The notes beneath the pieces were generated by a model. That model ran no database searches, was not told the DNA's origin, and was given only the letters and a program-made list of their open reading frames with translations. A DNA stretch of 63,221 nt, the filler included, from Rhabdomonas costata (lineage: Eukaryota): assembly GCA_019059605.1 (NCBI GenBank). It is 52 parts of 52 records of this genome, joined end to end, with 100 filler letters (N's around TTAATTAATTAA, not from the genome) between each part and the next. Parts side by side here need not be neighbours in the genome. Positions count along the whole stretch, not along the records: positions 1 to 1,118 come from JAHMHO010027694.1; positions 1,219 to 2,336 come from JAHMHO010027695.1; positions 2,437 to 3,555 come from JAHMHO010027696.1; positions 3,656 to 4,773 come from JAHMHO010027697.1; positions 4,874 to 5,991 come from JAHMHO010027698.1; positions 6,092 to 7,209 come from JAHMHO010027699.1; positions 7,310 to 8,427 come from JAHMHO010027700.1; positions 8,528 to 9,645 come from JAHMHO010027701.1; 44 more parts are not named here. One strand, given 5' to 3'. Below are positions 1 through 11,781 of this stretch, piece by piece. How positions within the stretch are numbered: position 1 is the first letter of the stretch; each line of letters opens with the position of its first letter. Made by a program: the position numbers and the translations under genes.

Positions 1-174
1 ATCACCCCTTCTTTGTCTGCCTCCCCCCCGCTTCACTCCTACCACTGTTTTTTTTCCCTTTTGGTTTGCCGTGCCGAGTGGCTGTAATGTGAACTGAGAG
101 TGCTACTGCTGTTATGCACTACTGTTATTCGTGTGTGTGTGTGTGTGTGTGTGCCTTGAAAACCTATCAAACAG

Positions 175-495
175 GCCATGATGCCTGAGATGAGTGGGTT
201 TGAGACCACCCGCCGGCTGAAGATGGACCCCCGGTACAGTGCGGTGCCCGTCGTGGGGATCACCGGGAACTGCGACGCCGAGGGCACCCGGCTGTGCCTG
301 GAGGCTGGGATGGTGGCCGTGCTGGGCAAGCCCATCGACACGGCGGCGATGTTCCTTCTGCTGCAGCGCCTGGCAGGGTCGAAGCAGCAGGGGGGAGGCT
401 GCATACCCAATAATGGCCTTCCGCTTCGCCAGGAGCCCTCCTCGGCGTCCGTCTCACTGCCCTGCTCGCTCGTGTCCAGCGGTCATTGGCAATAA
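175..495 (+). CDS. Last exon of a protein with a C-terminal response-regulator receiver domain (likely hybrid histidine kinase)
   Basis: After acag| it reads AMMPEMSGFETTRRLK...VPVVGITGN...CLEAGMVAVLGKPID, matching receiver motifs MPxMxG, T(G/A)N and KP. The phospho-Asp would lie in the preceding exon. Confidence 0.8.
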   Translation, partial: AMMPEMSGFETTRRLKMDPRYSAVPVVGITGNCDAEGTRLCLEAGMVAVLGKPIDTAAMFLLLQRLAGSKQQGGGCIPNNGLPLRQEPSSASVSLPCSLVSSGHWQ

Positions 496-1691
496 GTTGT
501 GATGCGTGGAACAGTTTTTTCGAGTGCGCTCTGCACCTGTTTCTTTTCGTGAATGAGGAGCCGGACTTTTAGACTTTTGCGCTTTGCAAGTGCTTTTTAC
601 TTCCTGTATTCTGCATTTTTTTGTCCTGTTAGTGCTTCCTGTGTGGTTTGGGCACAACAGTCCCCGTTTGGTGTGCGCGCAGGTTCCCGGATAGCTTTCC
701 TTGCCTTTAGGTGTTGCATATTGTCGTGACCACCCTTGTCCCCCTCTTTCCCCCTCTTTTCGTCATATGCTCACAACCCAGCGCATGCGGGCGGACTCGC
801 TCTGCTTTTACATCTTGGTAAGACCCCGAAGAAAGCGTGTGGTGTGTGGGCTCCGCTTGAGATCGAGGGCATTCGTCCCCTCGTCTTTTGTTGCTTTCCC
901 ATGTCCCCCGAACGGAAGTTTTGGGCGAACTATATCGTTCTCGATCGGGCAGTCCGCAGCACCCCACAAGGGCGCTCGGGTTGCACCGGGCTGTACACTG
1001 TGTTTTGCGCAACAATTGGTGGGGCCTCAGTCAATAATTGGGTGGCGTTGCTGCTGAAGGGTGAAGTACAGGCAAAAGCGTCTGCCCCATATGTGTACAG
1101 GTGTATTGTCTGCCCGCTNNNNNNNNNNNNNNNNNNNNNNNNNNNNNNNNNNNNNNNNNNNNTTAATTAATTAANNNNNNNNNNNNNNNNNNNNNNNNNN
1201 NNNNNNNNNNNNNNNNNNCGCTTGTAAGGTAAAAACGCCTCCTTTCGATTCCATCTCCAAAACATCTCACGTTTAAAGTGGCACGGGATATTATAAGGCA
1301 AACGAACAGAAGAGAAACGTGTCATCCGACAATGGAATCGGCCTCAGTTTTCGTATCCAGCCACACACACATACACACATCTCTGCTAAAAGCCTCCGAA
1401 AAAGGCCTCGATCCGGCGTGCGGAAACCTAGCTCCTCGTCACAATGAGTAGATCGCCCCTCCTTCGTTGGTTGGAACGAGCGTGAGAAGGGCTCCCGCAT
1501 TGATTTTAATTCTGCATAAAGAACGCGCGCGCAAGCAGTGCAGCAACAGAGGGTGATGGCCACCCTACCGCACTTAGGGCGGAATGAAGGCGACCCAAAG
1601 ATCTCTCAGGGGATCTCTCAGGGGCGACCCAAAGATCTCTCAGGGGATGTCGCCTACTTTTGACTCCTTGATATTTGCGACGCGTTCCCAG

Positions 1692-1939
1692 GGCCCGCGT
1701 CGCCCAACAGCACCGTGAGGTGCGCACCCAACCCTGTGCAGCCCACCCTCACCGTCACCTGTTTGGCGAATATCACGGACACTTTTGGCAACCCCCCTCC
1801 GCTGTCCCTGGGGCCCTTCCTGGCCGCTCTTCCCGGCACGGACCCCGTCGCCTTGTCCCCAGGCACCCTCCCAGGGAACTGCTCCGCAAAGCTCCCGGCA
1901 AGCGTCGCAAGTGTTACTCTCACTGTGGTTGCAGCGATG
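1692..1939 (+). CDS. Internal exon, Ig-like (invasin/filamin-type) domain
   Basis: cccag|..|gtgaga borders; PASPNSTVRCAPNPVQPTLTVTCLANITDTFGNP contains the DxxGN motif of Big-1/filamin-like folds. Confidence 0.5.
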
Positions 1940-2479
1940 GTGAGATGTCGACCCCAACTCCCTTCCCCCACCCCACACACGCATGCATCACATGGGTGAC
2001 GGGGAATTGGTTCTGAAAGTGATAGGCAGGAATCTACAGGTTACCTGCACATCCCGTCCGGGGAGTTCACAAACAGTAAATTCAGGAGCGCTGAATGCCC
2101 CCCGTAATTTAAAATTTTGCGGGTGCACTTTTTCGCCATTCGTGTGTTAAAGGCATAGATTTAGTACATATTCTGCTGTAAGGTTCGACTGGGGTGATTA
2201 GAAAAGCGGAATCTGTCTGAGTATAGATTTGCTCATAAAGCCCACCATTCGAGCGCCGTTAGTTTTCAGCTGGATATTTAGAAAAATGTCTCTCGCCTAT
2301 TGAGCTCCTGGTTCCTAGTTCCTCTACCACCAACACNNNNNNNNNNNNNNNNNNNNNNNNNNNNNNNNNNNNNNNNNNNNTTAATTAATTAANNNNNNNN
2401 NNNNNNNNNNNNNNNNNNNNNNNNNNNNNNNNNNNNTTGTGTTGGGTGGTGGTAGGGGTGTACTGGATCTTCGTCAGCG

Positions 2480-3518
2480 CGGCGCACATCCACCACACGG
2501 CGGTCTCACGGGTGCAGGCCCGAGGGTCGTACGGGCTGACGAAGATCCAGTACACCCCTACCACCACCCAGCCCAGGGTGAACAGCACCAGCACCACGAA
2601 GCCCAGGTTCAGCTCCAGCACGGCACGCCCCACGGGAATCCGGTCCGAAAGCTCCTGGTCATACAGAGAAAGAGAGAGAGAGAGAGAGGATGAGAAGGGT
2701 GGAGGGCATTAGAACTCGGAGAGGCACCCACTCGCCCATCCCACACAATGACCACAAGGCACCCCCACCCCATCCCCACACACATCCACCAGTGCTGTGT
2801 CTCACGCCGTGGGTGTGGGTAACAACTAGAGTGGTGCAGAGAAGAGGCTACCAAAGTCTCACCAAAAAACTCACAATGGATGCACCCCATCGACATATCC
2901 ACAGCACAACAATCATGTTTAATTGGATAAAGGATACGGCAAACAACAAAGCTGAAAAAGGCATTGGGGGGGGGGTAATGAGTTAAGTGAGCAAAGGAGG
3001 CTGCGAGTGCAAGGAAAAGGGCGACACGGTGCGGAATACAAACAGAAGAGAAAAGAATTGTTCGCGTATTTGAGCGCATTTAAAGCCAAAGAGGAAAAGT
3101 GGCCCAGCTCTACCACCATTAATCTATCAGTCGCACCGCCCACGCCACTCCATCAACGCCTCAGTGTGAGGGAGGGATTCAGAAGCAGCGGACCCGAAGG
3201 GCAAGGTGGGTTCCATATGCACGTAGGCAGCATAACATTTGTCCCTTTTTTTTGTTTCCGTGAGTAACTTCGTGGAAAGCATAACATAGGTGGGCCCAAA
3301 TACCCACAAAACAGCAGTGGCCAGCAAGACCCCCGACAGCACGAACAGCCACTGCCGCAGGGTCTCACAGCCCCCGCCCGCCAGAGCGGCAGCCAACGCG
3401 GCGACGGCCATCAGCCCCAGCACTGCCAAAAGGGCGTACTTCACGCAGCCCTCCGTCGCCAGACTCGACCACCCACGCCACTGGCGGGGACCGGTCTCAG
3501 GGCCCACGGGACCGCGCA

Positions 3519-3520
<2 letters not shown>
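2480..3520 (-). CDS. Exons of a multi-pass membrane protein resembling the TM region of plant/protist RING-H2 E3 ligases
   Basis: CETLRQWLFVLSG and FTLGWVVVGVYWIF...WWMC helices. Junctions not resolved and no RING domain seen. Confidence 0.35.
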
Positions 3521-3554
<34 letters not shown>

Positions 3555-5846
3555 CNNNNNNNNNNNNNNNNNNNNNNNNNNNNNNNNNNNNNNNNNNNNT
3601 TAATTAATTAANNNNNNNNNNNNNNNNNNNNNNNNNNNNNNNNNNNNNNNNNNNNACTCACACAAAACATAAACCCGCACACAAACACACACGTTTGTGC
3701 CTCTTTTCTTCCCACTGTAAAGAGTTGGAAGAATCCTGCTTTATTGCTGTAGGAGTTGGAATACGATCGAAATTCTGTGCCATTTCTGTGGCTCACGCTG
3801 GACCCACTCCTGAACCCCTTACTGTGAGGATTTGTTCGAGATAACAGTTGCAGGGTGGACGGGAGAACGAAGTCGTTTATAATTTTTCAGTGAAACATCC
3901 ACAGCGTCAAGGAATTTCATGTGAGGCTGCGACAGGTTGCCTGCAGCAGCTATTCGAGATTTCGTTGGTGGGTCCGGGGCTGATCAGCTGCATGTCTTTA
4001 CTTAAGGAGCAAAAAGGCAAAAAAAAATGTCACGGAGCGGAAAGTTGAGAAAACTGCGTTCCACCAGTACCCACCGCAACGGTCCTTTCATCGGATGGGC
4101 AGTTTGATCAACGCTGCCCCGCGTATTCGGTGGATAAACCACCACCAAACCGGCCGAAACGTCATCGTTATTCAGTTTCTTTACGCGTCAAACTAAGCGC
4201 AGTTCCTTTTCAAGCTTCTTGGCTTTAACCCATCCCTGTTAGCAACAGCGCGTCTCCAATGTTCAAAAAAACAAATGCGACAGATAAGCCGGAGGTACCG
4301 GAAACTTGCGTCGAGCGGCTTGGGGGGCTAAAGAACGTCCCTTGAGGGCAAAAGGAAGGGAGGAAAGAAAGACACAAATAAAAAAGGAAAAAAAGGAAGC
4401 TGCGTGCCATCTGCCGTGCGGAAACATCTTCGCAAAGGGACAGCCTCCCGCGACTCTCTAAACTAGAGGCCCAAACGCTTTGGACTTCAAGCTCTGGTCA
4501 CGGCATGGCGGGGCGTAAGATCCTCGGGACAAGGCACACGAGCACACGGACAAGCGGTACTGGCAGGGATGCCACGACGCAGGATGGAGCCGCGGACACG
4601 CATGGCGGATCTCGGCCACAAAAAAGCTGAAGACTAGGTGCGCCGATGCGAACGAGATCGCCGCGGACCTGTACGCCAAGGTGTGGAACGCGCTGTTCCC
4701 GTGCGTTGCTGTGGCGGGCTTTGACCTTTTGTCGCCGCCCGCGCCTTGGCACGAGACCTGAAGCCCCACCACANNNNNNNNNNNNNNNNNNNNNNNNNNN
4801 NNNNNNNNNNNNNNNNNTTAATTAATTAANNNNNNNNNNNNNNNNNNNNNNNNNNNNNNNNNNNNNNNNNNNNGGGGGTGTGGGGGATCCAGAAGCGCGC
4901 GCATAAGTACAATATATCCGAGGACTCTGTCAGACTAATGAGAAATGACTCCTAGCACGATCCTTCGGGATGGCGCCAAAGAGCGAGAAGTAATTGCATT
5001 GCTTCGAAGCACACAGACGCGCATCTGCGGGATTCATATTAAAAAGGAGGGACAGCTCAAGCACAACCGCAGTGGACGGGCGGTCACAGTCACACACCTC
5101 GTAAACTTTTTTAAACAGCAATATTCTTTCCATAGGAAGCGTCGAGATCGCATATCCCCCTGAGCTCCCCATCATCAAGCATTATCCTATGGGGTCTCAC
5201 CCACCCCCTTCTCTGTCCATTCTGTGCCTTTTCGATCTTTTATGTCAAGCAGGGGTTGGCCACCCGCCTCACCATAGCCATCGCCCTCAGCGCCTTGGGA
5301 ACCCCCGAGCAACGGGTTTGCGGGTTTTCGAGATTTCCCCCTTCTTAGCGCTCCACACTGCCTCCAAGGTCATGCTGTCCTTGTCCTCGCTCCCACTTTC
5401 TCGCAAAAAGCTCCCGTGTGTTGTATGTGCTGTGTGCGGTGGTCGGCTTGTTCCCAGGAGAACTGCTCAACTGCTGGAGTATTGCCTCCCTCCCCACCCC
5501 CCGCACACACAAACAGTGAAAAAGACACGAAGCGGGGCGAGGCAGTGTGCGCGGTGTGGTTGATATCATGAACACCACGCCTCTCATTCATTCATTCTGT
5601 CTGTCTGTCTGTATGTCTGCCTGTCTGTGTCTCTGTATGTCTGACTGTATGCTGGGAAACTGGAAACATGTGAACAACCACCCGAAACGCGGTGCGCACG
5701 GATTTCACGCCTCCGGATTTCTGGTCGAAGCCCGCGCACCGGACTGGCGCAAACGAAAAGGTGCGCTGCCCGAACGAGCCGTACACACAACCTACAGCTG
5801 GCTCAACAGTATGGCAACCCCCACACACATACACAAATACACGCAC

Positions 5847-5951
5847 CAGTTAGGGCATGGTACAGGTACTTTACGGACTCCAGGCTGCCCCACAGTGCAG
5901 CCGTGTGCATCGGTGTCATCCCCTCGACGTCGCCTATGGACAGGCTGAAGC
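5847..5951 (-). CDS. Ankyrin-repeat exon
   Basis: GDVEGMTPMHTAALWGSLESVKYL between tag| and |gtgcgt. Confidence 0.65.
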
Positions 5952-6183
5952 CTACGGAACAAAGTCCGAAGGGAGAAACCACCCACACCCCNNNNNNNNN
6001 NNNNNNNNNNNNNNNNNNNNNNNNNNNNNNNNNNNTTAATTAATTAANNNNNNNNNNNNNNNNNNNNNNNNNNNNNNNNNNNNNNNNNNNNCAGGTTCTC
6101 CTCTTCCCCCTGCTGTTTCATACACCGCACTACTCCAGAAACAACCACTCCATATGCAGGACAACAGCACCACCCCCAGTGAC

Positions 6184-7136
6184 CTCCGAGGCGTCGAGGG
6201 CTCCGTATACTCGTGCAAGCATGTACAGCGGGGGCTTCGCTGAGCCTTGCACGATAATCGTAATGCAGTACAGGTTCTCCTCTTCCCCCACCCCAGTCTG
6301 CACGTAATAGCCTGGTGTACGAGGACAGGGTGAAAGGGCCGAACGAAAGGTTGCACAGAAATCGGCCAACTGAAAAGCACTTATTCCTGCCCATTTCCAA
6401 TCGCGCCTGGTTGGAGGCCACTGTCAGAAGAACCCCTTTCTGACAATACCAATTAGCCCAATTCACAGTGGAATCATCTTAATTATAGTTGATAATAGCT
6501 GCGCCGACGGCCAGTCCTCAGCGCCTTTTATAACGGCGCTTCACCCAGCTTCTCAAGCAGATGGTAGGTGGGGTGGTCATTAATCTCCAATCAGTGGTAT
6601 GCGGAGGCGGAGAGTTATTAAGTTATTCAGTGTGTAGAACGTGTGACCTTTGAGGTTCCCGAATAGACTTGAATTCAACGCACGTGCGCCCAACCCTTCA
6701 TGGAACACGCCCCTCGAAACGGCATGAACGGTTGGCTCCTTGTACTTATCCCCCACAGAGCTCTTTTTTCTTTCCAGAGGAATTCAGCTCATTCCATGAC
6801 GCATATAAACAATGTATACACGCTGCGCACGCAACACAATGCACGCGAAAGAGAAACACACACGCCCACACACATGCACACTTCAAATTCGTAGAGAAGA
6901 AAGAAGGAACGGTGCACCGCAGTCCCGGAACAACAGATGAGGTAGTGGGAAGGGATAGGGCAAGACCTCAAAACTTCGAAACAAATGGAACAGCGATTAT
7001 AGAAATTAAACAAATGTGTGGGAGGGTTAGGCATACCTAGCTGCTCCACCGTGCGCAGCTGGGTGAAAAGCGCGGATCCCACCATGGAGACAAACAGGTC
7101 GCACAGCAGGTTCCTCCGCAGGTCAAACGTCCCCAC
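6184..7136 (-). CDS. Insulysin/pitrilysin (peptidase M16A) family, two exons (7136-7037; 6311-~6184)
   Basis: Spliced LFTQLRTVEQLG|YYVQ...ITIIVQGSAKPPLYMLAR matches the FxQLRTxEQLGY motif; phase-1 GT-AG intron 7036-6312. The end of the second exon is uncertain. Confidence 0.8.
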
Positions 7137-8871
7137 CTACCCCATCCATTCCCTTTTGACCACAACCGACATGCTTGTCCCGAACCCAAACCCCAAACAC
7201 ACCCAGCACNNNNNNNNNNNNNNNNNNNNNNNNNNNNNNNNNNNNNNNNNNNNTTAATTAATTAANNNNNNNNNNNNNNNNNNNNNNNNNNNNNNNNNNN
7301 NNNNNNNNNGTGTTTTGTGGGATATTCGTCCCTTCGTGTGTGTCACCTCACACTCGAAAGGGTACGTGTGTGTGTGCCTCCGTGGTGAGCGTACGGGTGT
7401 GGCTCAGTATTCCCCCGCCTTTGCTCCCCGGAACTCCTCGAGGGGTTCAGCAGGGATGGATCCAGAAGAAGTTGTGGTCCGACACTCCGCGGTTGTCCTT
7501 TCCGGTGTGCTCCTTCAGCCCATCGCCCCTTCCTTTGGAATGTTTGGATTAACAGCCGGTATCGCCATCCCTGTTTGAAGGAGCAAGAAGGAAAGGGGGG
7601 AAGAGAAAGGTTGATTTGAGGAAATGCTGCGTATTTTTCACATACTTAACCTTTGTGTGGCCGAATACCCCCCGAACACCGCTACCTGGCCTGCTCAAGC
7701 CGATGTAATACGGGATGCCCCGTGCGCAGGTTGTATGGCTCCCGTCATCTCAAAAGTCAGAGGTAGGGATAGACCGACAAGGAAGAGGCCGAAACGAACG
7801 CTCTCAGGAAAAAGCCAGTTTTTCATCACCCCTTCTTAGCCGGGACGTCCGAAAATGCTTGAGTGCGCTTTTTCAGAATACACTTTTTTTGAGGAGACGC
7901 GGACAGGGTTTCGTATGAGGGGGTGCTTCACCGATAAATTCCACCTTCCAGATTTGCTCTGAAGGACTGAAGTTTGCGGCGCCTTTTATTTTGCTAAGTT
8001 AAGATAACTCCCGAACTCAGAATGATTTATGCTACGAGGTTCCAAGTCCTGTGATCGCATTTGTACGGCTGGTATATATGCATTCAAACAATCTCGTGTC
8101 GCTGGGGCTAAAATAAAACATATGTTCTGAGTTTACGGTGTAACGTGTTATATATGCAGCCCTCACTGAATATTTGTCGCCGTTTAGAAGTCACTCGTAC
8201 GGCGTGCTGCTTGCGCGGATATGCTTGCTTTTGCTGTATTGCAACTGAGCAGCACTCGGTCTGTTGGTTGAACTGTCAGCCCGCGCCTTTGAGCGCTCGG
8301 CTTTGGATGCCGTCCAATGGTGCTGAGATAAGTAAAGTAGATGTGGCTATTTCGGAGGCTATTTGATACTGTGCTGAAATTCAGCTTCGCTGAAGTCGCT
8401 GAAAGTCCGCTGACGTCCAACCACCCCNNNNNNNNNNNNNNNNNNNNNNNNNNNNNNNNNNNNNNNNNNNNTTAATTAATTAANNNNNNNNNNNNNNNNN
8501 NNNNNNNNNNNNNNNNNNNNNNNNNNNGGTGGGGGGTTCCAAGGAGGAGTTCAAGGACAAAGTCATGGTGTGGCTGATTCGGACCTCCCTACACACCTTT
8601 GACTTCATTCTGCATGATGCTACTGAATATGTCATCACCGCGGACTTGTGGGACCTTGTACCAATTGTCTTTGCAGAATTGTCTTTGGAAATTATTAGCA
8701 TGCCGATTGACGGCTAACCAAGAGTGCACATGATGGTGATGAGGTTGGAGCCCACCTCACCGGCGGAGTGAATACGCCTTGCCTCGCCGCGAGGGTCTCG
8801 GCTGCGATCAAGCGTCAGGCAGTCGACGCCGACGTTCTCGAGGAACTTTCTCTGTAATTTTTTGCGCGCAG

Positions 8872-9605
8872 GTGATGCTGGCTAAGACGGGCGCATTGGG
8901 CTCGGGAGAAGATGTTCTCAGGGATGCCGTTCTGGTGTACAACAAGCGAGATGAGGACGAGGTAGCACCAATTTTCTTTTCTGTCGTTTCTTGGGACCCC
9001 CACACACACACACGCATATGCATGCATCTGGGTGAGGTTGGAGTGGGTTGATCATCCGTCTGGCGCCTTTTGCTGTCGCTTTGGTGTTTGCTTTTTCAGG
9101 ATTTCAGCGCGGACAGCGGAAAGCTGCTGTTCCTGGGCCATGACGACCAGCACCCGATCATGGCCAGCTGGTCGCACGACGCGGAGGTGCATGTCTCTCT
9201 GTTGATGCATGGGTGCAATGCGGGCCATCCGTTTGGCCATCTCACCTGCCTTCTCACGCAGACGCCTGTTGCACCTCATTCTTGCTCGTTTAATCTTTAT
9301 CTTTTTAACTTGCATCGGTGTCATATTCTTTTTCTCTCGAAGCAACTGAGCTGAAATGAAGGACAAAAAAGGCTCCACTGAAACTTTCAAGAGAGAATCG
9401 GTCATAGAGACTAGAGTGTGAAAGATTCCCAAACAAAGCGCGCAACTGTCACAGACCCAGCCACTCTGGTACTGCAACTCGCCTCCATCTGCTTGTCTAG
9501 GTGAAGATCGCCCAGGTAGGGCAGGTTGACGGGGCTTACGTCGTGTGTGCGGGCGACGTGCTGGGGAGGGTGCTATTCCTCCGGTGGAGCCTCGTACAGC
9601 TCCAG
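8872..9605 (+). CDS. Three exons (8872-8961, 9100-9186, 9501-~9605), probable WD40/beta-propeller C-terminus
   Basis: Phase-0 GT-AG joins give ...PIMASWSHDAE|VKIAQVGQVDGAYVVCAGDVLGRVLFLRW; GDxxGxV resembles a terminal WD blade. Confidence 0.45.
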
Positions 9606-9745
9606 CCGGAGGAATAGCACCCTCCCCAGCACGTCACCCACAACANNNNNNNNNNNNNNNNNNNNNNNNNNNNNNNNNNNNNNNNNNNNTTAATTAATTA
9701 ANNNNNNNNNNNNNNNNNNNNNNNNNNNNNNNNNNNNNNNNNNNN

Positions 9746-10512
9746 GGCCGGGTGCGCACCACGGCGGAAAAGTCGGTGATATCCACGAGCAGCAGGGTGA
9801 CCGTGCCGCACCGCAGCCCCAGCTCCGTCTGGGGCAGCGCATGCTGCTGGGCGCCAGGGTGGTCGGGGCTGTGCCGTCCCACTCCCGCAGGGGGTGGCGC
9901 CCTGCGAGGGCTATAGCGGTGGGCGACTCCGCCCTCGAGCGATGCGGTGGACTCGTTCGGAGGCAGATTCGACCCAGACGGCTCACCTAAGGAGCCATTG
10001 GATTCCCTTGGAGCCAGGCGTGTGGGGAAGAGCGTCTGCGGGATGTAGCAGCGCAGCTGGATGAGGATTCCGATGGTGTCGTTCAGCCAAACCTGCACCC
10101 GAAGGAACGAAATGCTGGTGCAGCTCATGTGACGGTGTCATACGCTTAAACCATTTACACGACCGAAGTTGATCGTTTGGTACCAAAACCGGGAATGGAA
10201 AAACCGAGAAAGATTGCCACCCTCTGAGTCCTTGACACACCGCACGAAACTAGTGAGGAGTGGGGAGGAGGGAGGCCTGCCTAAATCATGAAGGCCATCC
10301 AGGTCCATTGTGGCAATACGATGGATCATGTCCACAACCCGCACTAAGGGCGCCGAGATCGCCACGGTGAGGCCCACTGCCAGCAGCACTGCGGCGACAA
10401 CTACTCCAACTCCAACAGAAATCGAGGTCAGCACCATCACCCGAATCTGGTGCCGACTTCGGCTGCTGGCTTCCTGGGATTTCTCTCCGATATTGTTAAT
10501 GATGGCAAAAAC
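9746..10512 (-). CDS. Receptor-type class III adenylate/guanylate cyclase fragment (TM-HAMP-linker-start of cyclase domain)
   Basis: Hydrophobic helix VGVGVVVAAVLLAVGLTVAI, HAMP-like SAPLVRVVDMIHRIATMDL, LRCYIPQ, then VTLLLVDITDFS (metal-binding Asp motif). Internal intron borders not resolved. Confidence 0.7.
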
Positions 10513-10963
10513 CTGTGCAAAACAAGCATGGATATGAGAAGGTACCTCACGCACAAGAATTTCCACCAGAAAGGCAGACAAAAACGCACACGGGTTGACT
10601 CAAAATTCCATCTAGAGTCCAAACCAGGTGCAGTTGGGCGTATCCACAGATACAACCAAAATCAGCTAAGAGACAGCTAAAAACGTTGAAAAGGGCCCCC
10701 CGCGGTTGCCTGGTGCCTGTTTGGGGTTGTATGCCCGCTTCATCATGGGAATTCGACCAAGCAAAACGGTCCCCTGGCAGAAAACTGTAAACCAGAAAGG
10801 TTTGGAAAACCGAAAACCCTCGTCAAGTCCAATTAGGTCGATCTAAACGCCCCCCCCCCCCAANNNNNNNNNNNNNNNNNNNNNNNNNNNNNNNNNNNNN
10901 NNNNNNNTTAATTAATTAANNNNNNNNNNNNNNNNNNNNNNNNNNNNNNNNNNNNNNNNNNNN

Positions 10964-11253
10964 GCTCGGGGTGCCCGCCATGCTTCGCGCGGTGAGGCCG
11001 GACTGGGTTACAGCGGTGGGGCTGGCGTTGGCGGCCAACAGCAGCTCAGCAACCGTCGAATGGCCGTACCCCGCGGCCCCCATGCAGAGGCGTGTACCCG
11101 TCGTCGTCCACTGCATCCACAACGGCCTTTGCATTCAGCAGCCTAGTGGCCACGGCGGCATGCCCACTGTTAGCGGCGTTGTGCAGTGCAGACAATTTGT
11201 ATTTGTCCACCGCCTCGAGTTCGCAGCCAAGACCCAAAAATCTCATGCAAATC
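10964..11253 (-). CDS. Ankyrin-repeat exon with an apparent +1 frameshift in a G5 run (11077-11081)
   Basis: SALHNAANSGHAAVATRLL..DDDGYTPLH then, in the shifted frame, AAGYGHSTVAELLLAANA. Removing one G gives TPLHGAAGYGH. Confidence 0.8.
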
Positions 11254-11733
11254 CTTCAAAATTTCCCCATACTTACACAAAACACGACGGCCGTTTGCCG
11301 CCAAAATGCACCAAACGGCAGCTTGATCGGCATACGGCGGCGTGCCACGGCACAATCCGAGAAAGTGTGGGCAAAACTGAGATCGCGCTTATTTCGGTCT
11401 ATGGATTTTCTTTTTGCAGGTTTGAGATGGTTGAGGGGTGGAGGTCATGTGCTTTGCATGCACGCTTACAGACACGTAATAGCACATGCAGCCTCCCAGG
11501 TGGCTCAACATTCTGGCGAAATAAGAGAAAGAAACCAAAACTTGTTAATTCATGGCCCTGAATAATGTCTGCCGCATGCACACGTCGCCCCCCCCCGATT
11601 TTCTGCTTGGAATACAGTTTCGCCACGCGGCAACGTTGCGGCTCTGTATTTCCCTGTCAGGGTGTTCAGCAATAACGAAAAAAGAATCAGTTGAAACTGT
11701 GTTAACGCAGGTTGCTGTTTTTGTGGGATGTGG

Positions 11734-11781
11734 TTAGGGTTAGGGTTAGGGTTAGGGTTAGGGTTAGGGTTAGGGTTAGGG
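11734..11781 (+). repeat. Interstitial telomere-type repeat (TTAGGG)8
   Basis: Eight perfect units with unique sequence on both sides. Confidence 0.95.

Noticed and set aside
1163..1174. Regularly spaced identical TTAATTAATTAA as a CRISPR-like or biological repeat
   Set aside because: It is embedded in N runs at every contig join and is a synthetic six-frame stop linker.
1590..1650. Nested GATCTCTCAGGG / GGCGACCCAAA duplications
   Set aside because: Short local slippage repeat in an intron, with no spacers or second locus.
2443..2572. Long near-perfect inverted repeats (also ~9556-9636, ~13406-13461, ~25372-25475, ~27791-27910, ~31461-31570, ~35128-35218, ~47508-47750, ~48522-48617) as hairpin RNAs, MITEs or terminators
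   Set aside because: In each case one arm runs to a contig end next to the primer tail, and several copy exon sequence. This is the pattern of amplification fold-back chimeras.
4460..4760. GC-rich stop-interrupted frame as a retroelement remnant (similarly 13661-14000, 16600-16800, 61180-61620)
   Set aside because: No RT, integrase, transposase or endonuclease motif could be recognised.
9501..9515. 15-nt micro-exon (tag|GTGAAGATCGCCCAG|gtag)
   Set aside because: The frame continues with sensible WD-like sequence (VGQVDGAYVVCAGDVLGRV), so a longer exon is more likely.
11077..11081. Programmed frameshift or pseudogene in the ankyrin exon
   Set aside because: A single extra base in a homopolymer with both flanks intact is most simply a sequencing or amplification error.
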